This document shows positions 24,801-38,725 of a DNA stretch of 64,000 nt, in pieces. The translations under genes and the position numbers were made by a program. The notes below the pieces were generated by a model. The model was not told the DNA's origin and ran no database searches. It saw only the letters and a program-made list of their open reading frames with translations. The DNA is from Phyllobates terribilis (Eukaryota), in assembly GCF_046119375.1 (NCBI RefSeq), contig NW_027362767.1, positions 416,268,001 to 416,332,000 of the forward strand, written 5' to 3'. Each line of letters opens with the position of its first letter. Position 1 is the stretch's first letter.

Positions 24801-27800
24801 TCGGCCGTGTGCATCGCTGTATTTGACACCTTATCAACGACCTCGTTAGCGATTCAGAACTGAGACATGTAGGCGTGCATAAATTGGACTTTTCCGCGCC
24901 CCTCGTCCCCGATTGGTGGTCGCTACAGCGTTCTCATTTTCCACCGTGCATAAAGAAGGCAACAGAATAGCGATTCCATCCTTTGTTTCTGACCTCGTGC
25001 TGGATTGCAGATCCTAGCAGAATTCTCCGGGCTGTTGATATCCGTTCATTCGACTGAGTCCTGATTTTGAGTAATTTTATGGACGCCTTTGTAACACAGT
25101 ACGGTCCCTATCAAGGTGTGGATCATTGAAATAGCTGCTGTGTGAAAGCGTCCCAACGACCGCCGAGATCGTTAGTTAGATCGCTGGGGCGGCCGAAATC
25201 GTTGGGAAGTTCTGCATGTTTGACAGCTCCCCAGCGATCACGAAACGACTCTCCAGCGATCCCAAAACCGTGACGTAATAACGATCTCGCTAGCGATCTC
25301 GTTATGTGTGACGGGGCCTTTAGATGCTTCAAAACAAAAGCTAGGGTCCGAGTCTGTTCATTGCAACCGATGTGTGTGTGAATATAGGTAATTTTCTGAC
25401 GATGGCTTCCCTTGAATGTTGAATATAACTCCTATACTGCTTGAAGAAGAAGCACAGAGAATATATTCATTCTTACTACGTACAAAAATATAACTACTAT
25501 AATACTGCCCCCTATGTACAAGAATATAACTACTATAATACTGCCCCCTGTGTACAAGAATATAACTACTATAATACTGCCCCCTATGTACAAGAATATA
25601 ACTACTATAATACTGCCCCCTGTGTACAAGAATATAACTACTATAATACTGCCACTATGTACAAGAATATAACTACTATAATACTGCCCCCTATGTACAA
25701 GAATATAACTACTATAATACTGCTCCTATGTACAAGAATATAACTACTATAATACTGCCCCCTATGTACAAGAATATAACTACTATAATACTGCCCCCTA
25801 TGTACAAGAATATAACTACTATAATACTGCCCCTATGTACAAGAATATAACTACTATAATACTGCCCCCATGTACAAGAATATAACTACTATAATACTGC
25901 TCCCATGTACAAGAATATAACTACTATAATACTGCTCCCTATGTACAAGAATATAACTACTATAATACTGCTCATATGTACAAGAATATAACTACTATAA
26001 TACTGCTCATATGTACAAGAATATAACTACTATAATACTGCTCATATGTACAAGAATATAACTACTATAATACTGCTCATATGTACAAGAATATAACTAC
26101 TATAATACTGCTCATATGTACAAGAATATAACTACTATAATACTGCTCATATGTACAAGAATATAACTACTATAATACTGCCCCCTATGTGCAAGAATAT
26201 AACTACTATAATACTGCTCCCTATGTACAAGAATATAACTACTATAATACTGCTCCCTATGTATAAGAATATAACTACTATAATTCTGCTCCTATGTATA
26301 AGAATATAACTACTATAATACTGCCCCTATGTACAAGAATATAACTACTATAATACTGCCCCTATGTACAAGAATATAACTACTATAATACTGCCCCTAT
26401 GTACAAGAATATAACTACTATAATACTGCTCATATGTACAAGAATATAACTACTATAATACTGCCCCTATGTACAAGAATATAACTACTATAATACTGCC
26501 CCTATGTACAAGAATATAACTACTATAATACTGCCCCTATGTACAAGAATATAACTACTATAATACTGCCCCTATGTACAAGAATATAACTACTATAATA
26601 CTGCTCATATGTACAAGAATATAACTACTATAATACTGCTCATATGTACAAGAATATAACTACTATAATACTGCTCATATGTACAAGAATATAACTACTA
26701 TAATACTGCTCATATGTACAAGAATATAACTACTATAATACTGCTCATATGTACAAGAATATAACTACTATAATACTGCTCATATGTACAAGAATATAAC
26801 TACTATAATACTGCTCATATGTACAAGAATATAACTACTATAATACTGCCCCCTATGTGCAAGAATATAACTACTATAATACTGCTCCCTATGTGCAAGA
26901 ATATAACTACTATAATACTGCTCCCTATGTACAAGAATATAACTACTATAATACTGCTCCCTATGTACAAGAATATAACTACTATAATACTGCTCCTATG
27001 TGCAAGAATATAACTACTATAATACTGCTCCCTATGTGCAAGAATATAACTACTATAATACTGCTCCCTATGTGCAAGAATATAACTACTATAATACTGC
27101 CCCCTATGTGCAAGAATATAACTACTATAATACTGCCCCCTGTGTGCAAGAATATAACTACTATAATACTGCCCCCTGTGTGCAAGAATATAACTACTAT
27201 AATACTGCCCCCTGTGTACAAGAATATAACTACTATAATACTGCTCCTATGTACAAGAATATAACTACTATAATACTGCTCCTATGTACAAGAATATAAC
27301 TACTATAATACTGCCCCGTGTGCAAGAATATAACTACTATAATACTGCTCCTATGTACAAGAATATAACTACTATAATACTGCTCCTATGTACAAGAATA
27401 TAACTACTATAATACTGCTCCTATGTACAAGAATATAACTACTATAATACTGCTCCTATGTACAAGAATATAACTACTATAATACTGCCCCCTATGTGCA
27501 AGAATATAACTACTATAATACTGCCCCCTATGTGCAAGAATATAACTACTATAATACTGCTCCCTATGTGCAAGAATATAACTACTATAATACTGCCCCC
27601 TATGTGCAAGAATATAACTACTATAATACTGCCCCCTATGTGCAAGAATATAACTACTATAATACTGCCCCCTGTGTGCAAGAATATAACTACTATAATA
27701 CTGCCCCCTATGTACAAGAATATAACTACTATAATACTGCTCCTATGTACAAGAATATAACTACTATAATACTGCCCCCTATGTACAAGAATATAACTAC

Positions 27801-30800
27801 TATAATACTGCTCCTATGTACAAGAATATAACTACTATAATACTGCCCCCTATGTGCAAGAATATAACTACTATAATACTGCCCCCTATGTGCAAGAATA
27901 TAACTACTATAATACTGCTCCTATGTACAAGAATATAACTACTATAATACTGCTCCTATGTACAAGAATATAACTACTATAATACTGCTCCTATGTACAA
28001 GAATATAACTACTATAATACTGCCCCCTATGTGCAAGAATATAACTACTATAATACTGCCCCCTATGTGCAAGAATATAACTACTATAATACTGCTCCCT
28101 ATGTGCAAGAATATAACTACTATAATACTGCCCCCTATGTGCAAGAATATAACTACTATAATACTGCCCCCTGTGTACAAGAATATAACTACTATAATAC
28201 TGCTCCTATGTACAAGAATATAACTACTATAATACTGCCCCCTGTGTGCAAGAATATAACTACTATAATACTGCTCCTATGTACAAGAATATAACTACTA
28301 TAATACTGCTCCCTATGTGCAAGAATATAACTACTATAATACTGCTCCCTATGTGCAAGAATATAACTACTATAATACTGCCCCCTGTGTGCAAGAATAT
28401 AACTACTATAATACTGCCCCCTGTGTGCAAGAATATAACTACTATAATACTGCTCCCTATGTATAAGAATATAACTACTATAATTCTGCTCCTATGTATA
28501 AGAATATAACTACTATAATACTGCCCCTATGTACAAGAATATAACTACTATAATACTGCTCATATGTACAAGAATATAACTACTATAATACTGCTCATAT
28601 GTACAAGAATATAACTACTATAATACTGCTCATATGTACAAGAATATAACTACTATAATACTGCTCATATGTACAAGAATATAACTACTATAATACTGCT
28701 CATATGTACAAGAATATAACTACTATAATACTGCTCATATGTACAAGAATATAACTACTATAATACTGCTCATATGTACAAGAATATAACTACTATAATA
28801 CTGCCCCCTATGTGCAAGAATATAACTACTATAATACTGCTCCCTATGTGCAAGAATATAACTACTATAATACTGCTCCCTATGTACAAGAATATAACTA
28901 CTATAATACTGCTCCCTATGTACAAGAATATAACTACTATAATACTGCTCCTATGTGCAAGAATATAACTACTATAATACTGCTCCCTATGTGCAAGAAT
29001 ATAACTACTATAATACTGCTCCCTATGTGCAAGAATATAACTACTATAATACTGCTCCCTATGTGCAAGAATATAACTACTATAATACTGCCCCCTGTGT
29101 GCAAGAATATAACTACTATAATACTGCCCCCTGTGTGCAAGAATATAACTACTATAATACTGCCCCCTGTGTACAAGAATATAACTACTATAATACTGCT
29201 CCTATGTACAAGAATATAACTACTATAATACTGCTCCTATGTACAAGAATATAACTACTATAATACTGCTCCTATGTACAAGAATATAACTACTATAATA
29301 CTGCCCCGTGTGCAAGAATATAACTACTATAATACTGCTCCTATGTACAAGAATATAACTACTATAATACTGCTCCTATGTACAAGAATATAACTACTAT
29401 AATACTGCTCCTATGTACAAGAATATAACTACTATAATACTGCTCCTATGTACAAGAATATAACTACTATAATACTGCTCCTATGTACAAGAATATAACT
29501 ACTATAATACTGCCCCCTATGTGCAAGAATATAACTACTATAATACTGCCCCCTATGTGCAAGAATATAACTACTATAATACTGCCCCCTATGTGCAAGA
29601 ATATAACTACTATAATACTGCTCCCTATGTGCAAGAATATAACTACTATAATACTGCCCCCTATGTGCAAGAATATAACTACTATAATACTGCCCCCTGT
29701 GTGCAAGAATATAACTACTATAATACTGCCCCCTGTGTGCAAGAATATAACTTCTATAATACTGCCCCCTGTGTGCAAGAATATAACTTCTATAATACTG
29801 CCCCCTGTGTGCAAGAATATAACTACTATAATACTGCTCCTATGTACAAGAATATAACTACTATAATACTGCTCCTATGTACAAGAATATAACTACTATA
29901 ATACTGCTCCTATGTACAAGAATATAACTACTATAATACTGCCCCCTATGTACAAGAATATAACTACTATAATACTGCTCCCTATGTGCAAGAATATAAC
30001 TACTATAATACTGCTCCTATGTACAAGAATATAACTACTATAATACTGCTCCTATGTACAAGAATATAACTACTATAATACTGCTCCTATGTACAAGAAT
30101 ATAACTACTATAATACTGCCCCCTATGTACAAGAATATAACTACTATAATACTGCTCCTATGTACAAGAATATAACTACTATAATACTGACCCCTATGTA
30201 CAAGAATATAACTACTATAATACTGCTCCTATGTACAAGAATATAACTACTATAATACTGCCCCCTATGTGCAAGAATATAACTACTATAATACTGCCCC
30301 CTATGTGCAAGAATATAACTACTATAATACTGCTCCTATGTACAAGAATATAACTACTATAATACTGCTCCTATGTACAAGAATATAACTACTATAATAC
30401 TGCTCCTATGTACAAGAATATAACTACTATAATACTGCCCCCTATGTGCAAGAATATAACTACTATAATACTGCCCCCTATGTGCAAGAATATAACTACT
30501 ATAATACTGCTCCCTATGTGCAAGAATATAACTACTATAATACTGCCCCCTATGTGCAAGAATATAACTACTATAATACTGCCCCCTGTGTACAAGAATA
30601 TAACTACTATAATACTGCTCCTATGTACAAGAATATAACTACTATAATACTGCCCCCTGTGTGCAAGAATATAACTACTATAATACTGCTCCTATGTACA
30701 AGAATATAACTACTATAATACTGCTCCTATGTACAAGAATATAACTACTATAATACTGCTCCTATGTACAAGAATATAACTACTATAATACTGCTCCTAT

Positions 30801-32798
30801 GTACAAGAATATAACTACTATAATACTGCTCCTATGTACAAGAATATAACTACTATAATACTGCCCCCTATGTGCAAGAATATAACTACTATAATACTGC
30901 TCCCTATGTACAAGAATACAAATACTATAATACTGCTCCCTATGTGCAAGAATATAACTACTATAATACTGCCCCCTATGTGCAAGAATATAACTACTAT
31001 AATACTGCTCCTATGTGCAAGAATATAACTACTATAATACTGCTCCCTATGTGCAAGAATATAACTACTATAATACTGCCCCCTGTGTGCAAGAATATAA
31101 CTACTATAATACTGCCCCCTGTGTACAAGAATATAACTACTATAATACTGCTCCTATGTACAAGAATATAACTACTATAATACTGCTCCTATGTACAAGA
31201 ATATAACTACTATAATACTGCTCCCTATGTACAAGAATATAACTACTATAATACTGCCCCCTATGTATAAGAATATAACTACTATAATACTGCTCCCTAT
31301 GTGCAAGAATATAACTACTATAATACTGCCCCCTATGTATAAGAATATAACTACTATAATACTGCTCCTATGTACAAGGATATAACTACTATAATACTGC
31401 CCCCTATGTGCAAGAATATAACTACTATAATACTGACCCTATGTACAAGAATATAACTACTATAATACTGACCCTATGTACAAGAATATAACTACTATAA
31501 TACTGCTCCTATGTACAAGGATATAACTACTATAATACTGCCCCCTATGTGCAAGAATATAACTACTATAATACTGCCCCCTGTGTGTGCACTATAGACC
31601 TGATTAATGGATTTTTCATATTTGATACTTTTACATGTCGTCAGTCTGTATCGTGGGTCCGAATGGGGTGGGGAAAAGTACGCTGCTCCTGCTGTTGACG
31701 GGGAGACTGACTCCGGTGAGTATACGGCAGCGGCAGGTAACATTTCTATTCATTATATCTAGAACCGGATCGTCAATGTTTCTTGTTAATTTTCACAGAC
31801 AAAAGGAGAAATGAGGAAAAATCACCGACTGGTGAGTACTGGGGTCTGCAGAGACTGATGCCCACCGCTCCTCACCCCAAACCCCCTTCAAGTCTATAAC
31901 TCTACTCCATGTCTTTTTTTTTTTTTTTTTTCCGGTCCCATAGAAAGTTGGCTTCTTCAATCAGCAATATGCCGACCAGCTGAACATGGAGGAGACGGCG
32001 ACCGAGTATCTGCAGCGAAACTTCAACCTGGCGTATCAGGATGCCAGGAAATGTTTGGGGAGGTTCGGTCTGGAGAGCCACGCACACACCATTCAGATCT
32101 GCAAGCTGTCAGGTGACTGCGATGCCCTCGCGTCCCGCCTTCCCGGCCCTCGCGTCCCGCCTTCCCGGCCCCATTACATAAAGCTGAGTGATTCTAATGG
32201 CAGAGTATTTGGTCTCCATTGCAGGGGGGCAGAAGGCTCGCGTCGTCTTCGCAGAGTTGTGTTGTCGGGAACCTGATGTCCTCATTTTGGTAAGTACATG
32301 TGACAACTAGATTGGGGATGAATAGGAAGAACCAGTCATACTGATCCTTGCTCTCCACTACTCCCCCCTACAGGATGAACCCACCAATAATTTAGATATT
32401 GAATCCATTGATGCTCTGGCCGATGCCGTGAATGAATATAAAGGAGGTAAGTGTCCATTTTAAATATCAGGGGAGGGTTGTACAAAGGGCATTTGGTTAA
32501 AGGGGTCATCCAGGACTTTGATATTGATGGGACAGGTCTTTGATAACAGACCCCTAATTAGAGGTCGTCCTCATTTATGTATTTGTACACATGTACATTT
32601 CATGCTGTGTTCCCTTTTTGTACAGCGGTGATCACGGTCAGCCACGATGCCCGCCTCATCACAGAGACGAACTGCCAGCTGTGGGTGGTAGAGGATCAGA
32701 CCGTGAACCAGATCGAAGGAGACTTTGACGACTACAAGAGGGAAGTCTTGGAGAGCCTGGGCGAAGTCATGGTCCACAAGCCCAAAGACAAGGAGTGA
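9821..32798 (+). CDS. ABCF1: ATP-binding cassette subfamily F member 1 (ABC50), complete, 27 exons, 861 aa
   Basis: Exons: 9821-9869, 12047-12093, 15202-15288, 15375-15516, 15711-15745, 16126-16242, 18392-18448, 18527-18580, 19792-19875, 20087-20152, 21594-21689, 21842-21964, 22292-22392, 22472-22557, 22646-22785, 22862-23010, 23477-23560, 23651-23775, 23869-23981, 24129-24300, 24382-24456, 31645-31715, 31799-31831, 31944-32112, 32225-32289, 32374-32446, 32626-32798. Total 2586 nt, all GT-AG, phases consistent. Two ABC domains ([22 protein letters not shown] and [22 protein letters not shown]), no transmembrane domain, K/E-rich N-terminus. The small N-terminal exons are less certain than the ABC exons. 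Confidence 0.97.
10262..11128. repeat. 46-bp minisatellite with partial internal duplications (CCCCTATCAGCCTAAAGACACGCCCC...) in ABCF1 intron 1
   Basis: Unit starts at 10381, 10427, 10473 give a 46-bp period. Confidence 0.92.
12205..14610. repeat. 41-bp GC/CpG-rich minisatellite (~58 copies) in ABCF1 intron 2
   Basis: Unit TGCACACGGCGGCGGCAGTAGTACATGCGGCCGGTGGGATC, 5 CpG per unit, degenerating at the right end. Confidence 0.97.
16593..18218 (+). mobile_element. Full-length inactive Tc1/mariner (IR/DR type) in ABCF1 intron 6
   Basis: TA flanks (16591-92, 18219-20). TIR CAGTGGGTACGGAAAGTATTCAGACCCC with an internal repeat of AAGTATTCAGACCC. Transposase ~16981-18003 ([26 protein letters not shown]) broken by stops and frameshifts. 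Confidence 0.95.
18588..19670 (-). mobile_element. Solo LTR (probably gypsy-type) with 4-bp TSD AGTC, antisense in ABCF1 intron 8
   Basis: Minus strand starts TGTGACGCCC and ends GCTAGTCA. AGTC at 18584-87 and 19671-74. TATA-like GATATAAATA near 19535 on minus. No coding capacity. Ends resemble the element at 36755-38005. Confidence 0.85.
20285..21290 (+). repeat. 58-bp minisatellite (17 copies) carrying CCACTAGGGGGAGC, plus one inverted motif at 21276-21290
   Basis: Unit starts at 20285, 20343, 20401, 20459, 20517 ... 21213. Confidence 0.95.
24620..25319. mobile_element. Non-autonomous DNA transposon (MITE) with long inverted termini
   Basis: Left AGGCTCCGTCACACATAACAAGATCGCTAGCGAGATCG is the reverse complement of right CGATCTCGCTAGCGATCTCGTTATGTGTGACGGGGCCT; no ORF. 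Confidence 0.8.
25488..31590. repeat. 35/36-bp AT-rich minisatellite (~170 copies, 6.1 kb) in ABCF1 intron 21
   Basis: Unit TGTACAAGAATATAACTACTATAATACTGC(T/C)CC(C)TA; head-to-tail, no unique spacers. Confidence 0.98.
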
Positions 32799-32924
32799 CC
32801 GGCCGTCACTAACGTGCCATAGCCATCTGCCCAGATACGGACCCCATTGTGAGATTTGTGGAGGATGGGGGACCTCTCTCATTTTTAAATCTCATTTCGC
32901 TGCTTTGTTCTTGCAGAGAAGATG

Positions 32925-32930
32925 AATAAA
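32925..32930 (+). terminator. Probable ABCF1 polyadenylation signal AATAAA
   Basis: Canonical hexamer 127 nt after the stop codon. Confidence 0.65.
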
Positions 32931-33169
32931 TATTTATATATTGAGAATATCTGTGACGGCTTTCACTATTGGATGTGGTTCTGGGTTCTCTCTGCATCAC
33001 TCTATAGGCAGATCACTGCTCATACTGATCTCCATTCTGCATCACCAGTAATGATGTGAATCCGCTAGATAAAAAGTTCTCGGGTCTGAAGATTTCCATA
33101 AGTCCAAGCTGAGCCGCCCCGCTAATTTAGATTGTCTGGTATTTATCAAAATTGGGCAGGAAACTTTCT

Positions 33170-34040
33170 AAAATTGAGTGCATGGAGGATATAGAGACTG
33201 ATGAGTAGGAGAGACCAGATTCTAGGGAAAATTTAGAAAGGGGGAAGAGTTGTGCTAGTAAGGTGATAGGCCTGTCTAAAGATATTATAAAGCACACTTA
33301 ATGGGTATTAGCCGGATCGTCCGGGGTAGTGAATTTTAGAAAACTTGCACAGCACGAGAGGTCTTTAAGATAGAAGTGCGAAGTTTGGATTATGGAGGAT
33401 TTTTGTCTTAGATCAGTTGCAGAACGGAGGGCACGGGTATGGTGATACAGATGTAGGGTGGTGCAGAACTGTGGAGAGCTTTGTGGGTGAGAGAGACAAG
33501 TTTGTATTGTATTCTCTAGTGGTTGGGTAACCAGTGCAATGACTGGAACAGGGTAGAGGCATCTTTGTAGCGGCTGGACAGAAATACAACCCTGGCTGCT
33601 GCATTCAGGACAGATTGGAGAGAAAGTTTTTGGTTAGAGGGAGACCTATCAGTAGTGTGTTTCAGTAGTCCAGACGAGAGTGAACAAGAGCTTCAGCGTT
33701 TTTGCAGTTTTCAAAATGTGAGAAAAAGCCGGATTCTTGAGATGTTTTTAAGATGCAGGTGACCTGACCAAGTGAGTGATTCAGACATAGGGAATAAAGG
33801 AAAGTTCTGTGTCAGCTATGACTCCAAGACTGTGAGCATGCTGCTGGAGAGTTATGGTTGAACCATCCAAGGCAATTGCAATATGTGGTATAGGTAAGAA
33901 TATGTTGTTAAAAACTCCCTGGTATTTTGTTTTAAGGTGGGGGTGATGTCAGGAGACGAGGTGTATAATTGGGTATCAGCATAGAGGATAATCTAAGGAT
34001 TAAGTCCGGCTGCCTGCATACCACGGCTCTATCCTTCTCT
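33170..34040 (-). mobile_element. Degraded L2/CR1-type LINE reverse-transcriptase fragment
   Basis: Minus strand near 33960-33990 reads LYADTQLYT (eroded YADD motif); the surrounding sequence resembles an L2 RT C-terminus; no intact ORF. Confidence 0.65.
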
Positions 34041-36754
34041 ATGGGAAATGGCAAAGTTCAGGGATTTGGCCATTTTTGACTGTCAAAGAACAAGCGGAGC
34101 GGTAGTAGATGTGCGCAGCAGCAATCTATTTACCAGAGACAAAAGTACACTTGTGTTGGTGATTTTTTTTTTGGGGGGGGAGGGGGGGGGGGTTCACTGG
34201 TCAAACCACACTACCCCTTTTAAGTGTCCCGTGTTCTCAAAGCAGACCCATATGTATGATACGCCTTGAGAGCGGTACAGGTTTTGTCATCAATGACATG
34301 TGGGTCTTCTGCTGTAAGAGTATCTAGATTAGTAGGTTTAAAAAAATGCAAGTTGTAAATCCTAAACCAATATGATGATCACCTGATTGCAGAGGGTCCA
34401 GCGGAGCAGCTTTTTTTTTTCCATTCGTGTCATAGCAAGGCCCACACTTTTTTATGATTGTGAGCATGTTCTCGAGAGGAAAAAAAAAGACTTCCAAGTC
34501 CCCGATTTATTTATTTGTGAGTGAACTCTAACTTTTTTCAAGAGCAAAAATTTGCATGTTTTGCTAAAAAATGATGTAAAAATGCAGAATTAAGTTCTAG
34601 AGTCATATAAACTGGACCCGGGAATGCATCTGTGCAAAAATTTTACTAAAAAAAAAATTGCACGTGACAAATCTCTCACGACAGTGACCATGAAAAAAAC
34701 AAAACAGACATTAAAAGGAAGATTTTGGGTCCTTACTGTAAAATCTCTCAGCGCCTTCATTGGGGGGGAGGGACACAGGAAACCATGGGTGTATGCTGCT
34801 GCCACCAGGCAATAAAAAGCTAGTGCCTCCCCAGCAGGCTTCAACCACCAACTGACACTAAGTTAATGAGAACACAGTAGGAAAAGCAACATTAAAAGGC
34901 AAAACAAAGCTGAAAATAACAGCAGAACCAACATAACTTGTATTACAAGGGCGGGTGCTGTGTCCCCCAATGAAGTCTCCAAGAACAAGATTAAGGTGAG
35001 CACTCAAAATTTTCATTTCTCTATTACTTAGTTGGGGGGGGGGGGGACACCGAAAACCATGGGACATCCGAAAGCATTCCCAAGGGTGGGCAAAAGTCTG
35101 AGCTTGGGCTACTGCGGTCTGCAGGACCTTTCTACCAAGGTTCATATCAGACGATGCTTAGGTGTGAACCCTGTAGAACTTTGCGAAGGTGTGAATGGAA
35201 GACCATGTAGCAGCTTTGCAAAGCCAACGCCTGGTGACTGACTGACCCGGTGGCCCTCACTGCACAAGCAGAGTGAGCCGTGACCATGAGTGGATGCACT
35301 CTTTCCCTTTATCCAATAGCCTTCCAGAATGGATCCAGTGGGCAATGGTAGATCTGGAAGTAGGAAGGCCTCTGCAAGGACCTCTGGGAATTATGAAGAG
35401 TCCGCTCGTCTGAAGGGCGCAGTCCTGGAGAGGTAGAGCTCTCACCAAGTCCAATTTGTTTAGTGACCATTCCTGAGGATGAGCAGGAAACTGCCGAAAG
35501 GAACGAAGTACGATGTCCTCATTGATGTGAAATGAGGAAACCACCTTAGGAAGAAAAGATGGGATCGAACGCAGGACCACCTTTTCCTGGGGGAACAGCC
35601 TGAAAGAGCCGCAAGTTCGGACAGTCATCTGATCGAGGTGATGGCTACCAGGAAGGCAACTTTCCAGGAGAGAGATTTCTCGTAGTGGTTCGAATGGGGA
35701 CTACTGAAGGATGTCCAGAACTAAGTTGAGGTCCCAAGACTCTGTTGGGCCTGATAACGTGGAACAGAGTGTGCGACCCATCCCCATGACGGAAGTTCCT
35801 GGTCTGACGATGAGATGCCAGATTCTTCTGAAACCAAATGGAAAGCGCAGAGACCTGACCCTGAAGAGAACGGAGATACAGATTCAAGGCCCGGCTGCAA
35901 AAATGCCAAGAGATGGCACAGCAAAAACCATGGGTGTGGCTTGGTTGGATTTGCACCAGCGTAAGGCGGCCTCCCACGGTGATAAATGCGAGAGGAAAAA
36001 GATTTCCTCGCCCTGGTCTAGTATGACAGCCACACCTTCCACCTTGATCTTCTTGACCACCCTGGGTGATCAGCAGCAGAGGAGGAAATGGGTATGGGAG
36101 AGAGAACTAAGACCAGGGGATCGCCGGCACGTCTGAGAATCACAAGCTCTGGATACAAACTGAGGAACCTTACTGTTCCGTTTGGAAGCGATCAGATCGA
36201 CGTCGGGAGTCCCCAACTGACAGTTTCTCGGAACCATTTGGTGGTGGTGAAGCCCTCTCAGCTGAGCAAGTCGGCTGCCCAGTTGTCCACTCCAAGGATG
36301 TATATATACCACTGAGATAGCTGTTACATTCAGGTCGGCCCATGACAGGATCTGAGCCACTTCTGACATCACTGCTCGACTTAAAGTTCCTCCTTGGTGG
36401 TTGACGGCCGGAGAGAAGGTTCTGCCAGTGAAGAGCAAGGGAGATTGTTTGGAGTTCCAGAATGTTGATGGCAAGGGACGATTCCTGAGCGTTTCATCGG
36501 CCCTGGACTGTTAGGTCTTGGAAAAACTGCTCCCCATCCGAGCAGACTGGCAGCCATTGTTAGAACCTTCCAACGCATTGGCAGAAACAATCTTCCACGA
36601 CAGACGAGAGGGGAGCGTTTCCACCATTCCAGGGACTTCTTGATCCAGGAGAGAAGTGTGACAAACCGGTCCAGGGAGCAAGTGGACTTGTCCTATCTTG
36701 ATAGGAGAAAGAGCCGTAGAGGGCATGTGTGGAACTGACCGACTGAACTGCTTC

Positions 36755-38005
36755 TGTGGCGCCCCTGAGGGTTCAGTCGCTACAGAGGTACTGCACCTCA
36801 CCCAGAGGTGTGGTGTCTCCTTCTCTCAGGTAAGGAGGGAGTGCTGCCCGGAACCCCAACACCCGCATTCAACACTACACTACTCCAGGCTGGCTGGAAG
36901 GGCGAGATGCAATGTGTTTCTGCTGCGCCCTGTCCCTGCCTGGAGTGGGGGGAACCAAAGAGAGGGGAACCAGTAGTGGGTGTGGGTGGAGGATGTAGAG
37001 TAGGGGAGCACTATTGTAGGAGGTATATAAAGGGAAGCCATCTTAGGGTGGCAGGTTAGTCAGTTTGGATTCAGTAAGGAGAGGAGGGGAGCAGAGTCTC
37101 TTCAGGAGCTCTGCTCCACAATTGGGGCCTAGTGATAGAGGCCCAGGAGGGGAGCAGAGGAGAAATGCTCCGTTCTATAGAAGGGATCCCAGGGGTACGG
37201 TGAGTGCAGGACGGCACCTGTACGCCCTGAATCTGCCAGGTGTCAGAGGATCAGGCCGCAAGAAGGGGACCGGCCCCTGGACCAGCCATGTTACTCCAGG
37301 TCTCGGCTGGAAAAACCGGAGGCTTCTGCACTTCCATGGTGCAGTTGCCACAGTCTCACCCTAGTCACCGTGAAGGGCATCAAGTAGGTCCGGGAACTCC
37401 AGGTTGCCCAGAGGGACTTCAGAGCACCCGATTGGGACTGAGTGTGGGGAAGCGGAGGGCAGGAGGGAGAAGACCCAGCGTGAGAAGTCGGTCTAGTAAG
37501 GAACATAAAGAAAGCGGGGTTCCGTCAAGCGCCCCTGATATATCTGAGAAAGCGCTAAACCCCTGGTCTGGTGGACGCAGTGCGACGCGGAGGCGGACAC
37601 CCATACAGTGTACCTGAGAAACTTGAATAAGAACTGTGAGTAAAACTTGAATGACTGCACTCCACTGCCTCCGTCAGTTATTTCAGTTGCGCCATCTCTC
37701 TCTTCTGCACTACAAGTCCCAGCACCACCCACCATCAAACTCTACACTGCCCTGAGGCCCACTCCACCTGTGGGGAGCTGTTCCATCCTAGCTGCCCTAT
37801 CAACTGCCTCAGAGGTCTGCAGCAGCGCTGGTACAAATTACCAGAAACCACAGGTGGCGTCACGATCAAACTACAAATCCCATATAAACTATCCCCTTTT
37901 TGTTGACCGCCCTGGGCCACGGACCGGCCCAGCCACTGTTACATATTTCCCCCCAGTATCCATAGGCCCGGACACCGAGTACCCCACTGCCCTGGGGGCG
38001 CGTCA
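36755..38005 (+). mobile_element. Solo LTR inserted in DIRS A
   Basis: Starts TGTGGCGCCCC, ends GGGCGCGTCA; TATA-like TATATAAAGGG at ~37024; shares GGTGGCGTCACGA and terminal layout with the 18588-19670 LTR. Flanks CTTC/TCTC do not form an exact TSD. Confidence 0.7.
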
Positions 38006-38725
38006 TCTCCATTCAGACTACCATCTTGCTCAGTATGCTCATGCTGAACCGGAGAGAGCATGGGGAAGGAACCCAAAGAGCGAATCCCACATAGTAAGGC
38101 TGAGTACTTTTCTTTGGGCAGATAAACACTTGCCTGCATGGTGTCGAACAGCATTCCCAGGAAAATATGCTTTGGGCCTGGATCAAGACTACATCTAACT
38201 GGTGATGATCCAGCCGAAATGAGAGAGGGTGTCCAGAGTGATCTGCGGACTCTCGTAACATGGTGAGAGGGATGGAGCCTTGATCAGAACGTCATCCAAA
38301 TATTCTCCCTTATTTGGATAACGAGAATGCTTCTGCTTCGAAGAATGGCCACGACAGTCGTCATTATCTTAGTGAAAACCCTGGGTGCTGTGGTTAGGCC
38401 AATCGGCAGCGCCATGAACTGAATGTGAGCTTCCTGGACTGAAACGGTGGAACCTCTGGTTAGTAGGGAAAATGGGTATGTGCAGTGAGGCATCTTGAAT
38501 GCCCACTCAGGATAGGAACTTTTCTAGCTCCATTGAGGCTATCACTGACTGAAGGGACTCTATCCTGAAGTGACGCAGCCAAACATGTCTGTTAAATAAT
38601 TTGAGGTTCAGAATGGAGTGAATGGCGCCATCCTTCTTTAGGACCACAAACAGGTTTGAATAAGAACCCAAAAAGCGTTTCTGCGGAGAAACGGGAATGA
38701 AGACGCCTACATTATAGAGCTAATC

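Noticed and set aside
25488-31590. CRISPR-like 35/36-bp repeats and [11 protein letters not shown] ORFs
   Set aside because: Units are head-to-tail with no unique spacers, there are no cas genes, and the context is a eukaryotic intron.
36751-38009. Target-site duplication for the second solo LTR
   Set aside because: Flanks read CTTC and TCTC, not identical, so no TSD is claimed.
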